Shown one piece after another: positions 10,860-21,151 of a stretch of 34,735 nt of DNA; within the stretch, counting starts at the first letter, position 1; every line of letters starts with the position of its first letter. This DNA is from Dimargaris cristalligena (lineage: Eukaryota): positions 1 to 34,735 of the forward strand of contig ML002387.1 of assembly GCA_003614675.1 (NCBI GenBank). The letters run 5' to 3'. The translations under genes and the position numbers were made by a program. The notes beneath the pieces were generated by a model that worked only from the letters and a program-made list of their open reading frames with translations, was not told the origin of the DNA and made no database searches.

Positions 10860-11940
10860 ATTGAACCAGCGATCCCGGGCTGGTCTACAGGTGGGAGAGG
10901 TGGAAGGCGGTTAGTAGGTTTGTTGTCATGAACCTTTGTATTCATACTTGAGGCTGGGCTTCCAACTTGACCAACACCACGTTCACTGACACCTGTTCGA
11001 ATCGAAGGCGAGAGTTTTCGGAAACCGTTCGATTGAAATGAACGACCCTAACCCTAAGATTGCCCAGCGCAAAGGGCGGCGTCTCTTCTCCTCCTCTTTT
11101 AATCACCAATCCTTTCTCCCCGCTCGAGCCGACCTTCGGTTATTCACAATACACGGGGGACTGTGAGGCGTGCACTGACACTGGCAAATGAAGTGACTCG
11201 GCTGTTGGCATTTCTCGTGGTCCCACATGATTCCGACGCAGCGTGTACATAATAGAACAATCAATAGCGGGGAAAAAGGTTCACGGACATCTCCAGGTAG
11301 CGGAGGTCCCTTTTTCTCTGCATAGTCCACCCTCTATATCACACGCGGTTTGGAAGAAGGAAAGGGTTTAGATCCAAATCTTCCGGGATAAACAATCAAA
11401 CAGGACACGGCGTCTCTCGATCAATATAAAAGGATTAACTACGGCGAAACCAGTTTATTAAAGCCAGTCTACCCCAACGAAGGAGGAGAGGGAGGGAGGG
11501 GCTCTTTTCATCCCACCTGCCATTTCCAGTAAATGATATTTACCCATTCTGGTTCAGTGGCCCTAATAATGAAACATTAACCCTTCCCACCCCCCACCTA
11601 TGCACCACCAGCCATGGAGGATGCTGATCATCCAGCCTGCACTGATTGCGGGGAACCCATTCCTATTCCTTTGGCTTACGGGAAATCGTGCCGCTCTTTT
11701 CATTAGCTGCTTACCCACCCATTCACTGGTTACCATACCCCAAACACACACACACACACACACTAGAACCCTCTGGCTGGGGCATCTCGGCCATTACCCG
11801 TAACTGATTCCCTTGCTAGGCTGATGTCATGCTAATTTTAGCCGCCTAATCTAGGTTGACTCGGTGTGGCCCATAGTCCAGAATCGATAGAACGCAATAA
11901 TTTTACTTTCTATATATATGTATATATATAGAAAACAAAC
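10860..11940 (+). ncRNA. Candidate structured ncRNA, possibly telomerase RNA (template CCCUAACCCUAA at 11046-11057); boundaries approximate
   Basis: No credible CDS here. The template-like 12-mer directly follows a long stem-loop (CGTTCA 10980-85/TGAACG 11039-44, inner AATCGAA/TTCGATT). Enclosing helix CAGGTGGGA 10888-96/TCCCACCTG 11511-19. A 13-of-14-bp helix at 11111-24/11266-79. A second domain is closed by ATTCTGG 11546-52/CCAGAAT 11878-84. Upstream TATA-like tract at 10658-74. Confidence 0.4.
11744..11763. repeat. (AC)n microsatellite
   Basis: acacacacacacacacacac seen directly. Confidence 0.9.
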
Positions 11941-12863
11941 ACATCACCGAATTGGGACATATCGACATCCGAGAATGCTAAAGGTTGAATGCGTAATATA
12001 TATATTATTCGCAAAATAAGCCTGACTTCCGTGAAATGGACCGGAGTGGATGGGAATCAGACCAGGTGCGAAAAACCATGTAATACTCACCCGGTGGTTC
12101 CTTCACAATACACCGGATTGGCTAAATAGATTAGATTAGGAAGGTGGCACAAACTCGGCGGGTGTGGGGCATTCATTACTATCAGCACCAAAACAGTGGG
12201 CTCTTACTCCAACTCTGGTCCGCCACATAACCGGTTTGGGGATATATGAGATACGAGACTCTATCGGAGTTTGTTCCACTCTATTGCTACTTTAATTATC
12301 AGCATTGTTAAAATCGAAGTTAAAAAGATCACCACGATTACAGGTGCCAATAACCGTGGCTCGGTCCTTTGGTCAGATAATATATATATATATAAATATA
12401 TATATATAGACCAATTCCCATGGACAATCATCAACATTAAACTATATCACCTCCCGGCCAAAGAGTTGTTATTGACGGATGACATAATCCCATGGATGCA
12501 TGTTTCAAGTGTGGTCAGTCTATGTGAATAGACAACGATGGCATGTCAACACGCCCCAAGCAACTCATCACTTTTCCATGGCAACCTCTAGTCACCATGA
12601 CAATAAAAGCCTCAATAGACTCCGTCAATATCCGATATTAAACGTCATTATACTTTATTCTGGACAGGCCATTGAAATGTTAGGTCCGGTAGGAGAGGAT
12701 GTAGGTATAGCTACATAAATTCATTAAGGTATTAAAGACCCCTCCCGCCAAAAACCTCCCCGCACCCATTCACTAGAAAATCAATCCCTTATCGGCAATA
12801 CGGTAATATCGTTAGCGAGCTAGGGCCAGGGCGCCCCCAGAATAGGCTGGTCCACACCATCTA

Positions 12864-13379
12864 CTAGGCAGCGACAATGTTAGCACAGGCCACCAGCTGG
12901 CCCTGCCCATCGAACAGCACCACGCTCCGGCCCTTGAACTGGTATTTACCCTGATCGGACACGACGTCAAAAGCGTCAATATCACTGACCCCCTCCCGAC
13001 CCTTACCCTTCAACGGTTTACCAGCCCGACCGGTCAAATCACCCATGGCGCAAGGCAGCGGCTTATTCTTTTTGCACTTGTAGTTCGCCTTGTCCATGAA
13101 TGCCAGGAAAGGGTCGTACATGACGCCCGTCTTGGTGCAGTCCCCGCCCGCGGGCACGGGGTATTGGTTCACGAAGTAGTTGTACTTCTCGCCCTTGTGG
13201 AGACCCTTGAAGTTCAGCGACACTTCGGTGTGGTAGTCGGCGATGACGGTGAAACTGACCGTGCCGTCGATGCCCGAGGCACAGGTGAGATGGGCAGTCA
13301 ACAGCTCCAGTCCGCTGACGGCCGCGGAGGCGGCCAGGGCCAACAGAGCGCTGGTAAACAGGTTACGTCCGAAAAACAT
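12864..13379 (-). CDS. Secreted Cu/Zn-SOD-fold protein of the fungal Cu-only (SOD5-like) type, catalytic histidines lost
   Basis: Signal peptide MFFGRNLFTSALLALAASAAVSG. SOD5-type skeleton: GIDGTVSF, YNYFVNQYPVPAGGDCTKTG, DPF, C..C, GDLTGRAG, GRSVVL, ACANI. Intronless, with GC-rich coding-like codon usage. Confidence 0.88.
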   Translation of the reverse strand: MFFGRNLFTSALLALAASAAVSGLELLTAHLTCASGIDGTVSFTVIADYHTEVSLNFKGLHKGEKYNYFVNQYPVPAGGDCTKTGVMYDPFLAFMDKANYKCKKNKPLPCAMGDLTGRAGKPLKGKGREGVSDIDAFDVVSDQGKYQFKGRSVVLFDGQGQLVACANIVAA

Positions 13380-14236
13380 GTTGTTGGAAATGGTATGTTT
13401 AGATGAGGTGGAATTTCCCGTACTGAGGAAGGGAGAAAGAAGAAAGGTGGAATTAATGTCGTTAATGCAGGTAAAAATATGAAAGATGTGAGGGTTGAGG
13501 CAATGTTAATTGAGGTAATTTAGGGCAATGCCGGGCAGCGGTCCTGAAACTAATAAGTATCGGGGCAGTGGATGCAGAAAACTATAAAGAGCCGGTGTAT
13601 CAGGTAAATGAGCGAAAAGCAAGGTTCACTAAGGGAAAGCGGGACATTATCGACTTTAAATACCGGCTATCCTTAAGTAAACTAAACCCCCCTGTCCGAT
13701 CATACACGCAGTCCTGACCAGAGTGTAATTACCCTGGTTGCAACTGCACCATTATTTAGGTTGGCCCAGCCCCGTTATGGCATGCCTCACAGTGGCTTCA
13801 AGGAACCAAAAAATGATCGACGCAGGTTTGTTGCTATTCTAGGGAACGGCTGGACATTTCGACCAGGCGGATAGCCAATGAAGGGTGTGAATATTGAGCG
13901 GACGTGTTCCTATTTGAAGATATTCGTGTTAATCAACACCATTAGCTACTCCAACGACTCTAGTTGGCGCTGACTCATGGGCCACCCTAACTGGTCCTAA
14001 ACTGGCGTATTTGGTTTCTCTGCACGTCCACTATCCTATCGATTCCAGCAGTCTTGTCCATCGATGAGTATATTTTTTGTCAAATTCCCTTGGCTATTCC
14101 AAGGCAATCCCGCCCCGTTACTCAACTCCCAATGCCCGCCTCGAATAGGGGATACCGCCTTTCCCAAAGCCAACCCCCCTGATTTGGCATTCGCATGTCG
14201 ATTTCGAACTTAGGATAGCCAACGCTGCATAATCGA

Positions 14237-14293
14237 CACCAATGTAGATTCTATAAAGCCCCATACGCACACTCTTTTAATCTACATTTGGTG
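14237..14293. repeat. Inverted repeat, 14-bp arms with one bulge, 28-nt spacer
   Basis: CACCAATGTAGATT (14237-50) ... AATCTACATTTGGTG (14279-93). Confidence 0.7.
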
Positions 14294-16444
14294 AAGGATG
14301 TCGCTCAAATTCCCTGAATCACTGCATTCGCCCAAATTACTCCATTGGCTATAGAGACTGACCATTATTGACTTCACCTTGTCATTGGGGGGCCATGGCG
14401 GTTTTTGCGTCTAGGTATATCGTTAATGGGCGATCGCTATTTGGTGTAGATTAGCGGATAAATTATGGCATGGGGAGTCTCTCATTCGAATGAGAAAAAA
14501 AATATTGATGGGCATGTGAGCAGGAGGGTCATACACATTGGGACCACTTGTGGCATATGGTCGTATAAAAATGGCCTGTACACTAAAATATGGCAAGCCC
14601 TCTAACCAGTCTTGGACGATGGTGTTCTTTGTGGTGTTCCAAAATGCCGGTGACGGACTTTAAAGATGAGCAACTATATTCGGTATCCAATTCGCCGTGG
14701 GCCATAAGCCAAAAAACAGTAGCGACTACTGCCGCCTAAATCTTCCGCCGATGGAATGATAGACGTCCGGAAAATACAGTTGGAAATCTTTAGCTCAGCT
14801 CAACATAATGGAGTAACCTATCTATTTTCTTTGGTAAATATACTATAGGGCATCATAGCCGGGGGTGAGAGGGGCCAGTATTAACCATCTTTTGGAAATA
14901 AAGACAGCTAAAATTGCCGCGTTTTTGGAGAATTGGACTATTTCACCACAAAAATTGCACATATCCGGAATCAAAGACATTGGGAGGGGTTTGGCCATCA
15001 ATACATACTTCTTTTTCCAGGATTATCGTGGTAATCGACTACAAATTATTCGGCCCTTGAGTGTCATTACTCAGTATATGGATGAAATTCAACCCCGCTG
15101 TATAAGGTTTTACATAATACATGCATTGGCAAATGTATATGGGAATAGCTTTTAACTAGTAATATTGACCTCACCCAATGGATTTTTCATTATACAGCCT
15201 GAATGAACTTCTCCCATATGTATTCTAAATACGCGGCAATACAGGCTACTCCATTAGCCGGGGCTGACTGTACGGATTACTCCCCAAACCTAGATGTACG
15301 CTTTATGTTTTAATGGTTTTGAACACCATGTCGTGGTGGCTAACCACTCTAGTGCCGTGTCAGTGAATTCAATACTGACTTCACAACTAATACAGTCACG
15401 TGTAAAGTGGCGTGGTGCAACAATGTCCAGTTGAGGTAGTAACTGAGACAGAGGGGGTCTGGTTGTAATAGCACATATTATACTGCATACACGTGCCGGT
15501 TTCCAGTGAGATTCGTTATTCAATATAATACATAGTTAGCAATAGTCAGGGATCCCATTATAGAAAATATAGAATAATATTGATAATTAACCAAATGGGA
15601 AGAGCGTATCTACAATAACCGGTAGCTTAGGTATGCTATACATTGATGGTTTACCGCTGGGTTGGCCTATATTATACTCATACTCGTCCAAGACAACCAT
15701 GGATGTATTTCCATACTGTATAATAGACATCTACCACTCGCTTTTAGTATTTAGTGATGTTGTATAGTTAGACTGAAATGTTGGATCTGAAGACGCTTCA
15801 GGGGTGAACATTGGGAGGCGGGGAGTGGAAGTGGGGGATGCCGGGGGATCGGACAACCAGTCTTCGCTATTTCCAGTCACTCAGTCCATCGTTACCGATA
15901 CGGGATTCCAATGCCCATTAGGCTAAGATAGAAGTTCCTTAAACTGTATACAGGTCTTCCAACTTTGGCAGACTCCACCCTTTCTCTAAAACCCCGTATG
16001 GTGTCGCCCTCAATTCCAAAAAAAAGACAGATGTTTCACCCGAAATCCCTAAAACCAAACCAGAAAGATTCCTACCCTTCGAAACGCGATCATTCATCCC
16101 AGTCTGATGAGTCCGACTGATTTTAAAAATCAAACCAGGATTCATTGAGCTAGCCAACCAAGACCTGCCTGAATGAGTCCCGAAACGAGTCGGTCGTAAG
16201 CCGATAATATCCCTGATATTTAGATAGGTGACTGGATGAACCATCCGTTTTTTTCTCAATACCTCCATCGTTTTCCATTTTATAATTATATAAAATCATT
16301 GTTTTTTGTTAACCGTCGTTAACGGCTCCCAGTCACCTTATAACCCCGTTATTTTGGCAAAAAGTTGTGCGGGACAGCCCCCCGAATCAGCCCTATAGTA
16401 AATTAAACACAGTATTATTATTTTCCTGTTAACTCAATCTACCC

Positions 16445-17626
16445 ATGGCTTACTTCAAGTCTACTTACTTGACGAGGGGTCTGCTGAACCAGGCCCTTCG
16501 ACCCGCCATCCGTCGACCCCTCAATGGCACCATCGGCCAATTTCCGCGGACCATCAATTTCTTCGCCCGCCGCCAACAGGTGACCCCCACCAACCCCTCC
16601 GAGCCCGGTTCAGCTGCCAAGAACGATACCAGTCAGGGTTCCCCCCCTCGGGAGGACCCCCCGTCCCTCAAACTACACAAGAAGATGCTTCTCAACCAGC
16701 ATGCCGCCAGCCGCTCGGCCACCGCCGCCTCGTCCACCTCTCAAGCGCCGGGGGACAATTCCATGGACCCGGGCCATTTATTCGTGGAGCGCGCCCCAGG
16801 TATCGAAACCCCACCTGAACTAACGCACACGTACGTGCCCCGACCCATCCGGGACGATTTCGTCTGCGATGCCCCCCTCACTACGGCCAAACTCGAACAA
16901 CTCGAAATCTACCCTAATGCGCACCGGGAACCCAACGACAAACTAGACGCATTAGCGCTCATCATCGTCAAGACCCTCCGCAAACCCACCGACTGGTTCT
17001 TCCGCAAGAAATACGTCCACCGCGCCGTGATGCTGGAAACCGTCGCGGCGGTTCCGGGCATGGTGGGGGCCATGCTCCGGCATTTACGCAGTTTACGGGG
17101 TTTAAAATACGACGGGGGTTGGATTGCCCATTTGTTGCACGAAGCGGAAAACGAACGCATGCACCTCATGACCTGGATGGAGGTGTGCAACCCCGGCTGG
17201 TTCGACCGCTTCTTGGTATTTACCGTCCAGGGCGGGTTTTTTAACCTCTTTTTCCTGGTGTACCTGTGCTCCCCCCGTATGGCCCACCGCATAGTGGGCT
17301 ATTTGGAGGAAGAGGCCATCATCTCGTACACGGCTTTCCTAAAGGAAATCGATGAGGGACGTATTGCGAATACCAAGGCTCCCGTCGTGGCCGTGGAGTA
17401 TTGGAACCTGGATCCCCAGACGGCTACCCTGCGGGATACCGTGCTGGCCGTCCGCGCTGACGAGGCCCTGCACCGGGATACTAACCACCATTTTGCTGAC
17501 CGAATGTTGATTCACAAGGAGGATCTCCACAAGGACCTACACTCCACCGACTGGGAAACGGTTCATGAGCATCCGCCCCAGGTAACCTTGAACGTATCTA
17601 AAGTGTTCCCCAAGTCGGCCCGCTAG
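16445..17626 (+). CDS. AOX1: Mitochondrial alternative oxidase
   Basis: Di-iron motifs [29 protein letters not shown] and [13 protein letters not shown]. The Arg-rich, acid-free N-terminus resembles a mitochondrial presequence. Intronless 393-aa ORF. Confidence 0.97.
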   Translation: MAYFKSTYLTRGLLNQALRPAIRRPLNGTIGQFPRTINFFARRQQVTPTNPSEPGSAAKNDTSQGSPPREDPPSLKLHKKMLLNQHAASRSATAASSTSQAPGDNSMDPGHLFVERAPGIETPPELTHTYVPRPIRDDFVCDAPLTTAKLEQLEIYPNAHREPNDKLDALALIIVKTLRKPTDWFFRKKYVHRAVMLETVAAVPGMVGAMLRHLRSLRGLKYDGGWIAHLLHEAENERMHLMTWMEVCNPGWFDRFLVFTVQGGFFNLFFLVYLCSPRMAHRIVGYLEEEAIISYTAFLKEIDEGRIANTKAPVVAVEYWNLDPQTATLRDTVLAVRADEALHRDTNHHFADRMLIHKEDLHKDLHSTDWETVHEHPPQVTLNVSKVFPKSAR

Positions 17627-18834
17627 GCTCGGGCAGCTTTTATTGTTGCTTCGTAGTTAATTTTAGGCCATGTCTTGTCCAACAATGATCGCTTCAGAAT
17701 GCTATGATTCAAACCAGCATTACTTCGTATAGATATACAATAGGTTGCCCATTACTCCTTTCTACTCTACAGTATTTAATAAACCCATTGTATCCCCCCT
17801 AATTAATCCGTTACCACCATTGTATTAATCCTGGCTATTGGCCGCACCCTCCTAAACCATGCAGAGTGACATAGTGGGTCGCTGGTGATTAAATGGGCGC
17901 CCGTGTTTCCAGGCTTAGTCATTCTCTCCCAGTGCCCCCTCACCCAACCCCACCCCCCTCATGCTCTCACACTTTCTTTAGCCTCGCTTTAAACCAATCC
18001 GGTATGTACCCGCCACTGAACGATCCAAACGGGGATGATGCTTCTGGTATAATCCTGATATCCAGCTACATTCGTATCGTTACATGGCCTGTTTGGGCAA
18101 CCGCGCACTGCATGGCGTATTCTAATGCTAGATAGGTGACCATTCTGCGTTACAGCCACTGTGACGCAGATCCGATAATGGGTTCCAAAGGCAAGCTGTG
18201 CATTAAATGGTGGTGGTATGAGAGCCGAAAGGATAGGTCACCAGTCCCGCAATGTCGTGGGCAGAAGTATAGCAAGTCCAATTCTCTAGCGGGTATGGAT
18301 TGGGACATCTAAAATCAGTGCTGGCCAATTAAAAATGTATGTTTTTACAAAGCCACAAAGCCGAACGACGGCACTATATTAAAGATGGCCGGTATCGCTG
18401 GGGATAGCTGGGCTGTCAGGCCGATTAGACATTCAATTCAGAGGACCGGTGATCCTAATAGCCAGTTTATTATGGGGATGAATTAGCAATGGGATGGATA
18501 GTGATGTGATTGAATGGTAGGAGGCTAAAGATTCCACACTGCCAACAAGCATCGAAAAACATGCCTCAGGCGAGCGGCTGGTTAAGACGGGGGGCAGTCC
18601 AGGTGGCCTCAACTGGGAAACGCAAATAAGTATATAGTTAAATTTTACGGATTACCCATGGGGCAGATAGCGGATAGGTGTGACCAAAAGGGGAAACCGA
18701 CTAACGTAAGTTGTAAGGAATGGCGGGGTGGTAGAAGTTCACAGGACAGTGGAACGCAGGCAACTACAGAAGTATATAGCTAGACTTTCCTCCTGAGCCT
18801 AAAATATTAAAGTGGCGATGGCGACACCGTTGCC

Positions 18835-19596
18835 CTATGGGAGACCACGGAGGAAGGTGAAGGCCTGCGCGGTTGATTTACTGGCGGGTTGGTCGCTGTC
18901 CATGACCAATACATCGGGTTCCTGTTCGGGGTTGGGCGGCTCAAGGGTATTCAGCTGGGACTGGAGGAGGGGAGTTCCGGCGAAGTGGTGCCCCCGGCGC
19001 TTTATCCGGGTGTACAGCATTTGGGGCGAACAATCGAGGTAGATGAAGTAGAGGTAGCGGAAGAGATTTGGTTGGTGTAAGGTGCGCAAAAAGTCGCGGT
19101 AGGATCGCTTGAGGGCCGAACAGGCGAGTATTAAGACCAGCCGGGAGGGAGGGGGGGAAGCAGAAGGGGGGAGGGGCGACGGTCCCTGGGTGGAAACAGG
19201 GGATGGTGATAGAACTGCAGCGGCCGAAAGGGGAGGGGATATAGATGTATGCAATAATGGTATTGCGCTGGTAGGGGGAGTGTTCCCCTGAACATCGTCG
19301 GAGTCTATACGGAGTTCCTGCAGCCGTTCGATGCAGGCCTCGCGGATGCGGTACAGCCAAGGCCAACGCTGGGCATCGGTTAGGCCCACGCCATGGCGCA
19401 TCTGGTCGATCATTTCATCGGTATGATAATCATCCCCCTCTAGAAAATCAGCCAAGTAGCGGTTATCCTGGTTTAATAGTTCAAAGAGTTGTGCACTAAT
19501 GTGACTTTTCCCACAGGCCGCAACCCCCATAAAAATGATAAGACATGCTGGTGGTGAGGCGGGGGGTTCGGTTGGCGGGGAACTGGGGCAATACAT
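18835..19596 (-). CDS. Gluconokinase (GntK/IdnK family P-loop kinase)
   Basis: MGVAACGKS P-loop, LEGDDYH, LTDAQRWPWL, LACSALKRSYRDFLR, HHF and LLQSQLNTLEPP. Contains a Pro/Ser-rich insertion. Confidence 0.93.
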   Translation of the reverse strand: MYCPSSPPTEPPASPPACLIIFMGVAACGKSHISAQLFELLNQDNRYLADFLEGDDYHTDEMIDQMRHGVGLTDAQRWPWLYRIREACIERLQELRIDSDDVQGNTPPTSAIPLLHTSISPPLSAAAVLSPSPVSTQGPSPLPPSASPPPSRLVLILACSALKRSYRDFLRTLHQPNLFRYLYFIYLDCSPQMLYTRIKRRGHHFAGTPLLQSQLNTLEPPNPEQEPDVLVMDSDQPASKSTAQAFTFLRGLP

Positions 19597-21151
19597 GTGT
19601 GGTGGTGGTGGGCAAGGAAGGGGTTGTCAGTAATGGATAAGGAAAGTACGAGAGGGCGCGGTGGAGTGGGTGGGGTTGGGAAGGATATATACTCACACAC
19701 CTAGCGTAGGATACAGCAATACTATGTAAAAGAAAGCTAGGGGAATAGAGAGGTGGTTGGAAGAACTCGGGTCGGAGGAACTGGGAAGGGAGGGTAAGGT
19801 ATTAATGGGCCTGAAAGAGCGTAGAGGGACGACTGAGTATCGGCGGGGGGAGACAGCGTTCGAAGGAAGAAAGAAAATTCGGGGAACTGGTTTAGGTGGG
19901 ATTCAGAATGAGCGTCAAACGCTGACTGGACAGGGAAGGGTTAGGTAAATGAGGCCAGGAAGGGGTGTGGGTACGCGGTGGTTGCCTTAACTGGAGGTGA
20001 CCAAAGGCAGCGCTACAACGAGACCGAATAATCAAAGGGAAGGGTGGAACAGTGCGGTAGAAAGGAGAATCGAAAACCAATTATCAAGCATCGACCAGCG
20101 GTACGCAATCCCAGGATTATATTTTCACCAAGGTCTGTTGGTGCTGCTGGCTTACGATTGTAGTGTATTCCGTCCACACGTGCAAACTAGATGCAAGAGC
20201 AGATATTACGGCGACGTTTGAATGGAAAAGGAGACCAGAGAAACAGCCAAAAGGACAGGAAATGAATGAATAGATATAGAATCGGTGAACTAGAGGGAAG
20301 GGTGGATGGGGGTGGGTCTCGGAGCCTTATATACGAGCGGGCATTAGAGGATACTCGGATAGGAACGCGCAGGGGGTTAGCGCATATATCTTCTATATGC
20401 GCGCATACAGACATCATATAGTTTAGGAGCATATCTTTTTACCCAGGCCCGCCAAGAGCAGTCCTTCTTCCTCCTTTTACTTTCCCGATATCAACCCCTC
20501 GCACCTTTGGGAGGAAAGCGTCTGGTCCAGGATCGGTCAGTGGCAGTGGGCTGTTCCGTCTGGCTTCCGTTTCCCACTCGCCTGGGACCGACCGTCTTTG
20601 TACCCGTCCGCATCATTCATCTATCTGATAGTAGTACCCTCCACAAATCTTACCTTAGAATGCTGTGCTCCACTGTACTGGAACGCACCGTCCTCCCACA
20701 CCATACCCACCGCATATCATTCAGCCACATGGGGAATTCGCTGTTTACACCATTCGCCATCATGCCCTCTATGATGCGGGTGTGAGAGTCTATTTTTTTG
20801 TTGGTCCGCGTACCAGTTTGGCCATTGTCCCAGATTACCCTTAATAAAGCTATACAAGTAAGGTAAACCGCACAGTAGGTAACACCCCTGTAGATATTTC
20901 CCCCATTGATGGAGAATACCTGGATCAAAATTGTCCTTAACCATTGGGACATCTACGTGGTCTATAATGAAAATCGTCTTTACACCTTTTAGGCATTTTT
21001 TTAATTGGTTCCCGAAACCAGCCCTGCTTGCAGATAGATTTTCTACCGCCCCCTCCTGACCTAACTATTCCTTCCACTCTTTCCCACTCTTCCCTACCCC
21101 GTATTCATTTCCAGCATTCCTTTTTTTTATATTACATTCCCGGTCTCCGCC

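Noticed and set aside
10985-11010. GTTCGAATC as a tRNA T-loop
   Set aside because: No acceptor, D or anticodon stems can be built around it.
15840-16205. AOD2/AOD5-type CGG-N7-CGG motif upstream of AOX
   Set aside because: Only imperfect, differently spaced or inverted CGG pairs were found.
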